DNA from: Deferribacterales bacterium
Lineage (GTDB): Bacteria; Chrysiogenota; Deferribacteres; Deferribacterales; Geovibrionaceae
NCBI GenBank assembly: GCA_050253075.1
Contig: JBFWJS010000007.1
Coordinates: 1 to 64,000, forward strand
Direction: 5' to 3'
Length of the DNA: 64,000 bases
This document shows, one piece after another, positions 57,260 through 64,000 of the stretch. Both the position numbers and the translations under genes were made by a program. The notes below the pieces were generated by a model. That model worked only from the letters and a program-made list of their open reading frames with translations, did no database searches and was not told the DNA's origin. The number at the start of each line of letters is the position of its first letter. The stretch's first letter is position 1.

Positions 57260-59323
57260 ATGGAAACCAAAAACATACGAAACGTTGCATTCATTTCCCA
57301 TGGAGGTGCGGGTAAGACCAGCCTTGTAGAGACCATTCTCTTCAATGCGAAGTCTACCCAGAGAATAGGGAGTGTCGATAACGGAACGAGCGTTATGGAC
57401 TTTGACCCTGTTGAGATAGAGAGAGGCATTTCTCTTAACTCAAAGGTTTCAACGATCGAGTGGCTTAAGACACAGATCAATATCGTAGACACACCCGGTT
57501 ATGCAAACTTTCTGCATGAGACCAGAGCAGGTCTTTCCGCTGTAGGCGGGGCGGTGGTCATAGCATCGGCTATCACCGGCGTTAAAGCAGAGACGAAGAG
57601 AGTATGGGGATTCTCAGAGGAATTCGACCTCGCAAAAGTTATCTTTGTTAATAAGATGGACAAGGAGAGAGCTGACTTCTACAGAGCTCTCGGTGATATC
57701 GAAAAATCTTTCGGCGTTACGCCTATCCCGCTTTTCATACCAATAGGAAAAGAAGACACCTTCAAAGGCATAGTAGACCTTGTGAAGATGAAAGCATATA
57801 TTTATCCGTCTGAACCGACTGCGGAATTCGCGGTGGAGGAAATCCCAGCAGACCTCATGGCAGAGGCTGAGAACTATCGAGGCAAGCTGCTCGAGGCTGT
57901 CAGCGAGACAGACGACGAGCTCATAGAAAAATATCTCGAAGGCGAGGAGCTCACAGAGGAAGAGATACTGAAAGGTATCCGTGAGGCTACTATCTCAAAG
58001 CAGTTCATACCTGTGATATGCGGTTCCGCCGTTAAAAATATCGGCTCAAAGCTGCTGCTGGAAGCCATCATAAACTATCTGCCGTCTCCGCTGGAGCGCG
58101 AGCATAAGATAGCCGTGGAAGAGGCTACGGGGAACGAGATATTCATCGACCCTGAGTCTAAAGAGTTCTCTGCATGGGTATTCAAGACATTTATGGACCC
58201 GTTCGCAGGGAAGCTCACCATGTTCAGAGTTTATTCCGGCGAGATTACAAACGATACCGAAGTGTATAACACTGGAAAAGATAAAAAAGAGCGCATAGCA
58301 CAGCTTTACCTTGTACAGGGTAAGAACCATATCAAAACTGATAAGCTCGTTGCCGGGCAGATAGGTATGGTGAGCAAACTGAAAGCGACCGACACATTCG
58401 ATACTTTATGCGACCCTAAGCGTAAGATCACATTCCCTAAATATCAGCTTATGGACCCTGTGCTTGCTTACGGCGTCAGACCAAAATCCAAAGACGACGA
58501 AGACAAGGTCTCCAACGGTATCCACAGGATAATGGAGGAAGATGTCGGTCTCCGTGCTGGAAGGGATGAACGTACCGGCGATATACTTATCAAAGGTATG
58601 GGACAGATGCACATTGAGGTCGTCGTGGAGAAACTCAGCAAGAAATTCGGCGTGGAAGTCGAGCTTCAGGCTCCGAGCGTGCCTTATATGGAGACAATAC
58701 GCAAGCGTGCCAGCGGACAGGGTAAATATAAGAAGCAGTCCGGCGGTAGAGGTCAGTACGGCGATGTTCATATCGAGCTGATCCCTGTGCAGAGCGGCGA
58801 GGGATTCTCTTTCGAGAATAAGATCGTCGGCGGTGCAGTGCCGAAGAACTATATACCTGCCGTTGAAAAAGGTGTTTTCGAAGCAGCTAAAGAGGGCGTC
58901 CTCGCAGGATTCCCGCTTATAGATTTCAAAGTCGTGCTCTTCGACGGATCATACCATTCGGTGGATTCATCAGAGATGGCTTTCCAGATAGCGGGCTCTA
59001 TGGCATTTAAAAAAGTGGCCATGGATGCGAAACCTGTACTTCTCGAACCGGTTATGAATTTAGATGTTTTCGTTCCGGACGATATGACAGGTAACGTTAT
59101 CGGAGACCTTAATGCCAGAAGGGGACGCATCATGAATGTGGAACCGGAAACCAACGGTCAGCATATAAGATCGCAGGTTCCTATGTCTGAGGTCTTGAAA
59201 TATGCTCCCGATTTGCGTAGTATGACTGGCGGTCATGGAATGTTTACGATGGATTTCTCTCATTATGAGGAACTTCCGTCGCATCTGGCCGAGAAGGTTA
59301 TAGCTGAAAATAAAGGAGAATGA
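57260..59323 (+). CDS. fusA: Elongation factor G paralog (EF-G2-like)
   Basis: Full five-domain EF-G: HGGAGKT, RGIS, DTPGY, NKMD, KQSGGRGQYG, YHSVDSSE; not in the rpsL-rpsG-tuf context. Confidence 0.9.
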   Translation: METKNIRNVAFISHGGAGKTSLVETILFNAKSTQRIGSVDNGTSVMDFDPVEIERGISLNSKVSTIEWLKTQINIVDTPGYANFLHETRAGLSAVGGAVVIASAITGVKAETKRVWGFSEEFDLAKVIFVNKMDKERADFYRALGDIEKSFGVTPIPLFIPIGKEDTFKGIVDLVKMKAYIYPSEPTAEFAVEEIPADLMAEAENYRGKLLEAVSETDDELIEKYLEGEELTEEEILKGIREATISKQFIPVICGSAVKNIGSKLLLEAIINYLPSPLEREHKIAVEEATGNEIFIDPESKEFSAWVFKTFMDPFAGKLTMFRVYSGEITNDTEVYNTGKDKKERIAQLYLVQGKNHIKTDKLVAGQIGMVSKLKATDTFDTLCDPKRKITFPKYQLMDPVLAYGVRPKSKDDEDKVSNGIHRIMEEDVGLRAGRDERTGDILIKGMGQMHIEVVVEKLSKKFGVEVELQAPSVPYMETIRKRASGQGKYKKQSGGRGQYGDVHIELIPVQSGEGFSFENKIVGGAVPKNYIPAVEKGVFEAAKEGVLAGFPLIDFKVVLFDGSYHSVDSSEMAFQIAGSMAFKKVAMDAKPVLLEPVMNLDVFVPDDMTGNVIGDLNARRGRIMNVEPETNGQHIRSQVPMSEVLKYAPDLRSMTGGHGMFTMDFSHYEELPSHLAEKVIAENKGE

Positions 59324-59331
59324 TCCCATAG

Positions 59332-60228
59332 ATGAACGATATCAACCTGCTTAGATACCACAACAGGAGCGCAAGCGAGATACATATGCTCCTCGCAGGA
59401 GAATCAGCGGATAAGCTCTTCTCCAGATTGGTATTAGGTGAATACGAACAGAGGACCGGCAGATCGCTGCTGGTCCTTTCTTTGACAATGGCGGCATCAT
59501 TCGCATGTGCGCTATTTGCATCTTATGTCATCTATAAGGTTGTTATCACAAAAGATATCGTCATCCCTACTTTCGACAAGGCGGCTATACTGCAAAAGGT
59601 CGAAGATTATAAAGAAGAGCTGCGGACAGGGGGCGACCCTTACCTCAAAGACGGCTTTTCAAAGATAGCGAATGTCGCTCAGGCTCCTATGGAGGATAAT
59701 TCATCTCCTGTTACTGTGGAGTCACAGTATAAGCCTCCGATAAGCGTGGAGAAGAACCCTGAGCTGTTCATACAGCCTGTACCTCTTGAGGGCGAACCTG
59801 TTAAGCGTAAAAGGGATAAACGTGTCCTTGTGACGCCTATGTTCACGGGTAATTTTGCCATAGAGTTCAGGGATATAAATGAGGCCGATGCAGCGAAAGT
59901 GAGGCTCCTTGCGGAGAATAACGACTTTAAACTCAACATCATAGGCTCTACGAAAAAATCGACCCGTAAATGGAATATTTATAAAGAAGATGATAATTCC
60001 CGCATCGTAATAGCAGGCAAGAATGTGAAATTCGTCAAAACATTTCAGACGAGATCCGCTGCCGTTGAATATATGCAGAAGCATAAAATAGCAGGAGTGG
60101 TCTCCAGCGACACAACTTATTATGACTATTACGATATGGAAGTCTGCTGTCTCGGCGAGGAAGCAGCGGAGAAACTCGCACGCGGAAGCGGTGTAAATAT
60201 GAATAAAATTAAAATTCTTAAGAAATAA
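59332..60228 (+). CDS. Membrane-anchored hypothetical protein (possible SPOR-like C-terminus)
   Basis: Single transmembrane helix, Pro-rich linker, 'FQTRSAAVEY' and 'EEAAEKLAR' helices. Confidence 0.6.
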   Translation: MNDINLLRYHNRSASEIHMLLAGESADKLFSRLVLGEYEQRTGRSLLVLSLTMAASFACALFASYVIYKVVITKDIVIPTFDKAAILQKVEDYKEELRTGGDPYLKDGFSKIANVAQAPMEDNSSPVTVESQYKPPISVEKNPELFIQPVPLEGEPVKRKRDKRVLVTPMFTGNFAIEFRDINEADAAKVRLLAENNDFKLNIIGSTKKSTRKWNIYKEDDNSRIVIAGKNVKFVKTFQTRSAAVEYMQKHKIAGVVSSDTTYYDYYDMEVCCLGEEAAEKLARGSGVNMNKIKILKK

Positions 60229-60240
60229 CAACAAAAAGCG

Positions 60241-60269
60241 TTGACGAGTGTTTTTTTACCAGATAAAAT
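60241..60269 (+). promoter_or_regulatory. Putative sigma70 promoter of ihfA
   Basis: TTGACG-17bp-TAAAAT; GGAGG RBS downstream. Confidence 0.6.
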
Positions 60270-60290
60270 CTTATTACTTGGAGGTTCGCT

Positions 60291-60566
60291 ATGACGAAAG
60301 CAGATATAGTTGAATTGATTCACGAAAAACTCGGTCTCACAAAGAAAGACATCGCAAAAGTTGTTGATGAACTTTTCGGCGAAGTAAGAGACCAGATACT
60401 TGCTAAGAACAATGTCAAAATATCCGGTTTTGGCAACTTTGAAGTTAAAAAACGCGGACGCAGAATAGGCCGTAACCCTAAGACAGGCGTTGAAACTGTC
60501 ATCGAGCCTAGAACTGTTGTCGTTTTCAGACCTAGTCAGATATTCAAAGACGAGGTAAATGACTAA
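60291..60566 (+). CDS. ihfA: Integration host factor alpha subunit
   Basis: MTKADI, KISGFGNF, GRNPKTG, VVVFRPS; followed by a MerR gene as is common for ihfA. Confidence 0.88.
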   Translation: MTKADIVELIHEKLGLTKKDIAKVVDELFGEVRDQILAKNNVKISGFGNFEVKKRGRRIGRNPKTGVETVIEPRTVVVFRPSQIFKDEVND

Positions 60567-60864
60567 GCTCTATTATAAAATAGGCGAAGTCTGCGACATT
60601 ACCGGGCTTAAGCCCTCCGTTTTACGTTTTTGGGAAAAAGAGTTCAGGCAGCTTCGACCTAATAAATCTTCAGGCGGACAGAGACTCTACACCGATAAGC
60701 ATATAGAACTGGCTAAAAAGCTGAAAGTTATGCTTTATGATGAGAAGTTTACCATCGAAGGTGTAAAGAAGAAACTCTCTGAAACCGAAGACTATGAAAC
60801 AGGTCTGACCAAAGAACAGATTAAAAGCGAACTTAACAATATTTTAGACATATTAAACTCCTGA
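60559..60864 (+). CDS. MerR-family transcriptional regulator
   Basis: YKIGEV, VLRFWEKEF, GGQRLY, LYDEKFTIEG. Confidence 0.92.
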   Translation: MTKLYYKIGEVCDITGLKPSVLRFWEKEFRQLRPNKSSGGQRLYTDKHIELAKKLKVMLYDEKFTIEGVKKKLSETEDYETGLTKEQIKSELNNILDILNS

Positions 60865-60883
60865 TGACCTCAGGAGTTTTTTT
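60855..60883 (+). terminator. Intrinsic terminator
   Basis: aaactcctga-tgacc-tcaggagttt plus T-run. Confidence 0.75.
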
Positions 60884-60886
60884 ATT

Positions 60887-61594
60887 ATGATATACCGTCA
60901 GATAAAACCACACCCACAGCTCAAAGACCTCATCAGATGCTACTGGACTATAACAGGTCATACGGATGCCACTTTTGAGCATCGTGTCATCTCAGACTAT
61001 TGCATGGACATTATAACAGACCTTAAAAGTGGTGAAAGCATCGTTGCAGGCCCGGCGTACGGATATTATGATGTGCCTTACTGCGGTGAAGTGTCCATTT
61101 TCGGTATAAGATTTTACCCCGGAGCCTTCTTTACCCTATTTGGCATACCTGCGTCTGAGTTTTATGGCCTATGCGTTCCATTGAATGATTTAGGGATAGA
61201 TTTTTCACCCGTTAATTCACCTGCTGCTGCGGATAAATATTTATTGGGAATGGTCGCCGACAGACATATAGACCAGTTTTCTGCCTCGCTGAACTGCGGA
61301 GACAGCTCTTTTCTGTGTGGTTATTCGAAAAAGACGGTGAACAGACGTATGTCGGAAAGAACAGGGCTGACATACGGAGCATACTCACAGATACTCGGTC
61401 TGCATAAAAGCATAAGCCTGATGCTTTCGGGTGGATATAAACAGGCGGATATCGCCGTTTTAAGCGGTTTTTATGACCAGTCACACTTCATACGCACGTT
61501 TAAACGTCATACGGGCTCTCCTCCCCTGACGTTTTTAAACGAAATAAAATCATCTCCTGTCCGTTTTATACAATACCCCCTTGGAATGTATTGA
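60887..61594 (+). CDS. AraC-family transcriptional regulator
   Basis: N-terminal 'P.P.L...IRCYW', FGIRFYPG; C-terminal GFYDQSHFIRTFKRHTG.PP. Confidence 0.88.
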   Translation: MIYRQIKPHPQLKDLIRCYWTITGHTDATFEHRVISDYCMDIITDLKSGESIVAGPAYGYYDVPYCGEVSIFGIRFYPGAFFTLFGIPASEFYGLCVPLNDLGIDFSPVNSPAAADKYLLGMVADRHIDQFSASLNCGDSSFLCGYSKKTVNRRMSERTGLTYGAYSQILGLHKSISLMLSGGYKQADIAVLSGFYDQSHFIRTFKRHTGSPPLTFLNEIKSSPVRFIQYPLGMY

Positions 61595-61616
61595 TATATT
61601 TGCTCAGGAGGCAGAT

Positions 61617-62090
61617 ATGAAATACGGTTCAACAGCAATATTCACAAAAGATATTCAGGCATCCAGACATTTTTATTCTGAGCTTTTAGGGCTTTCTATC
61701 ATGATGGACAACGGAACCCACGTGGCATTCAACGGCGGTCTTAACATATGGGACATATCACAGGCGAATAATGTCATCTTCGGCGGTGCCCAACCAGAAC
61801 CTGCGGGGTATAAAATGGAGCTCTGCTTCGATTCAGAGGACGTGTCGGCAGATTATGAAAAAGCCCTTGAGAATGGCCTGAACATCCTCAATCCGCTGGC
61901 AGAACAGCCATGGGGGCAGCTACTTTTCAGAGTTTACGACCCGGACGGCACTATTGTAGAGATAGCAGAGAGCATATTCGATACATTCAGAAGACTGCAG
62001 ACCGAAGGGCTCAGCCTTGAGCAGATAAGCGCAAAAACATTTACATCCGTAGAGGATCTCAAGCGGTTTCTTTCTGTGGAAGATGCATAA
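61617..62090 (+). CDS. VOC/glyoxalase family protein with short C-terminal HTH-like tail
   Basis: DIQASRHFY..LLG, QPWGQ..FRVYDPDG.IVEI; AGGAGG RBS. Confidence 0.88.
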   Translation: MKYGSTAIFTKDIQASRHFYSELLGLSIMMDNGTHVAFNGGLNIWDISQANNVIFGGAQPEPAGYKMELCFDSEDVSADYEKALENGLNILNPLAEQPWGQLLFRVYDPDGTIVEIAESIFDTFRRLQTEGLSLEQISAKTFTSVEDLKRFLSVEDA

Positions 62091-62131
62091 AACGGATTCA
62101 ATCACGTGATATTTTGTGATAGAATCACCCC

Positions 62132-62953
62132 ATGAAAATAACGATAATATCCGACAACTATGTAGATGCAGCATGCCTTGTGGCGGAGCACGGCTTCTCA
62201 TGCCTTATAGAGACAGAGGGGAAGAAGATACTCTTCGACACCGGTCAGGGGAATGCTCTGCTGAACAACATGAAGCATCTGAATATAAAGAAAAATGTCG
62301 ACCTGCTCGTTTTCTCTCACGGTCACTATGACCATACCGGCGGTCTGACAAAATATTTCCATGAGCTTCTGGAATACACCGAAGAGGTCTATGCCAGCGA
62401 GCACATCTTCGACAAGCACAAGAAAAAGGTGAACGGCGGAAACTATGCATACATAGGCGTCCCCGGTGAACAGGCGTATATAGAAAGACATTACAACGTC
62501 CACTACAACACCGAAATGCGTGAGATACTGCCCAATGTCATCCTCTCGGGGCCGATAAAGAGATTTGAGGATTTTGACGCCGACGCTCTGCTTTATGTCA
62601 GGATAGATGATGAGTATCACAAGGATATGTTCCGAGACGAGCAATACGTCGTCGTCAGAGAAGAGAGCGGGATACACGTCATCACAGGATGCACCCACTG
62701 CGGAGCCGTGAACCTGCTAAAAGATGTCGCAGAAAAGTTCGAGGGCGAGCAGATACTTTCGCTTACGGGAGGACTGCACCTTTTCCGCTCGGATGAGGGA
62801 CAGGTGAAGCACGTCATAGATTATCTTAAGAGCGCAGACGTTAAAAAGATAAATACGGGGCACTGCACGGGGCTGGAGGCTGCCATGCAGATGCAGCAGG
62901 AGCTCGGCGACAGGGTCACCATCACAAAGGCGGGTTTGATCCTTTCTCTTTAG
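62132..62953 (+). CDS. MBL-fold metallo-hydrolase
   Basis: EHGFS, LFDTG, SHGHYDHTGG, GCTH.G, GGLH, HCTG. Confidence 0.9.
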   Translation: MKITIISDNYVDAACLVAEHGFSCLIETEGKKILFDTGQGNALLNNMKHLNIKKNVDLLVFSHGHYDHTGGLTKYFHELLEYTEEVYASEHIFDKHKKKVNGGNYAYIGVPGEQAYIERHYNVHYNTEMREILPNVILSGPIKRFEDFDADALLYVRIDDEYHKDMFRDEQYVVVREESGIHVITGCTHCGAVNLLKDVAEKFEGEQILSLTGGLHLFRSDEGQVKHVIDYLKSADVKKINTGHCTGLEAAMQMQQELGDRVTITKAGLILSL

Positions 62954-63221
62954 ATTTCTCTTCGAATTTACGCATTATTATCTCTGCTTCCGTCGGCGGG
63001 TCTCGCTTTATCAGCTTTGAGCCTCCGCATTCGGCACAGACATTCTTTGTAAATATCAGCCATACAGTGCTCAGTATGATGGCGGGTACGCCTATCACGG
63101 TGCCGAAAAAGGGCACGATGGTGAAGAACATCGCAGATAATGTCAGCACTATGGCCGCATAGTAATTCTTCTTTGTCACATCCACCATTTTGTCGCAGTC
63201 TTTACACCATCTCTGAGCCAT
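62922..63221 (-). CDS. Small membrane protein with split zinc ribbon (CxxC, helical hairpin, CxxC)
   Basis: CKDC, two hydrophobic helices, CAEC; AGGAG RBS before ATG 63221. Confidence 0.7.
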   Translation of the reverse strand: MAQRWCKDCDKMVDVTKKNYYAAIVLTLSAMFFTIVPFFGTVIGVPAIILSTVWLIFTKNVCAECGGSKLIKRDPPTEAEIIMRKFEEKSKEKGSNPPL

Positions 63222-63318
63222 AAGCACTCCTAACATATTAACTTCTAAGTGTCCACCCATGAAAGGATTATCAGCATTAAACATATGCGAAGTCGAAAAT
63301 ATCATACTATTCCGTCCA

Positions 63319-63386
63319 TGAAGAGCATAGCACGCCTCCTGAAAAGTGCAGATACGGCGGGCTGCGACGGTGCGCCCGCCTCTTCA
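63319..63386 (+). promoter_or_regulatory. Candidate structured leader RNA upstream of the lysis genes
   Basis: tgaagag/ctcttca closing stem around gcac/gtgc and ggcgggc/gcccgcc hairpins, ending just before the RBS. Confidence 0.4.
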
Positions 63387-63398
63387 AAAGGGGATAAG

Positions 63399-63860
63399 AT
63401 GGAAAAGATAGTCGAACGCATAAAGATATTCGAAGGATACAGCGCAGAGCCATATATCTGTCCTGCGGGGAAATGGACAATAGGCTATGGGTATAACTAT
63501 CAGGACAGGGGCTTCAGAACAGAGGAAATAACCGAAATACTGAAAAATGGCTTTTCAGAAGGTCTCGCCTCGAAACTGACAGAAAGAGACGTCAGAGAGT
63601 GTATCAGGGCTCTCAGTAAGGTGTATCCGTTCTTTAATGAGCTTAACGAACCGAGACAGGCGGTGCTGACGGATATGGTCTATCAGCTCGGGATGACGGG
63701 ATTTCAGAAATTCAGGCGTATGCTTGGGGCTGTGCAGGCAGGCGATTTCGAAAAGGCAGGGGCTGAGATGCAGGACAGCCTGTGGTTTGAGCAGTCGGGC
63801 AGGCGCAGCAGGATAAATACAGAACAGATGAAAACAGGAGAATGGCAGGTGATAAAATGA
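63399..63860 (+). CDS. Phage-type lysozyme (T4-like/GH24 muramidase)
   Basis: FEG...YICPAGKWTIGYG catalytic region, RQAVL.DM.YQLG, F.RM, EMQDSLW..Q..RR; start after AGGGGA. Confidence 0.88.
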   Translation: MEKIVERIKIFEGYSAEPYICPAGKWTIGYGYNYQDRGFRTEEITEILKNGFSEGLASKLTERDVRECIRALSKVYPFFNELNEPRQAVLTDMVYQLGMTGFQKFRRMLGAVQAGDFEKAGAEMQDSLWFEQSGRRSRINTEQMKTGEWQVIK

Positions 63861-64000
63861 TAGCAATGCTTACAAACGTATTTACGGCAGTAGCGGGGAA
63901 GTTCCTTGCGGCGGTATTCACCGAAAGGCTGATATCAAAGCTGATAATAGAGCTTATGCGCTCGCTGGTGAAAAAGACGACGAACACCATAGACGACGGT
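63857..64000 (+). CDS. Small phage-like protein, possible holin or lysis accessory (runs off the window end)
   Basis: ATGA overlap with the lysozyme stop; MIAMLTNVFTAVAGKFLAAVFTERLISKLIIELMRSLVKKTTNTIDD. Confidence 0.55.
   Translation, partial: MIAMLTNVFTAVAGKFLAAVFTERLISKLIIELMRSLVKKTTNTIDDG

Noticed and set aside
60865..60890. tRNA-Pro, often found after ihfA-merR
   Set aside because: Only a terminator is present; no cloverleaf seen here or elsewhere in the window
63249..63398. 50-aa N-terminal extension of the lysozyme
   Set aside because: No RBS at 63249; lysozyme similarity and an RBS begin at 63399

Overview
Mostly core chromosome from a mid-GC, apparently diderm (Gram-negative-type) bacterium. 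Gene content suggests a Deferribacterota-like anaerobe, but that is an impression, not a database result. In order: a CsgG/FlgP/FlgT-like envelope trio with a CHASE2 adenylyl cyclase; pfkA-pduO-yqeY-cvpA-mutS2; regulators and zapE; a five-gene NosL/MacB-type ABC/Cys-rich membrane protein operon with no nosZ; a ModA-like lipoprotein, hybrid kinase and HD-GYP signalling operon with no transporter; an HD protein with a shortened RlmN-like radical SAM enzyme; a full trpEGDCFBA operon behind an unannotated WWW leader peptide and a two-terminator attenuator; a TAXI-TRAP transporter; RNA/protein modification genes; a polyprenyl synthase-amrS-apbE-NusG II-Gx-maf-fadD-priA run resembling part of a flavin-based electron transfer locus; hflKC, an EF-G paralog and ihfA-merR; and, at the right edge, the start of a phage-type lysis cassette behind a structured leader. 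Non-coding features include a nested ~270-nt repeat (two full copies, one remnant) associated with terminators, GTC-type palindromes, a candidate sRNA and several apparently leaderless genes. No rRNA, tRNA, CRISPR array or transposase was seen. All family calls come from reading motifs by eye; no searches were run.
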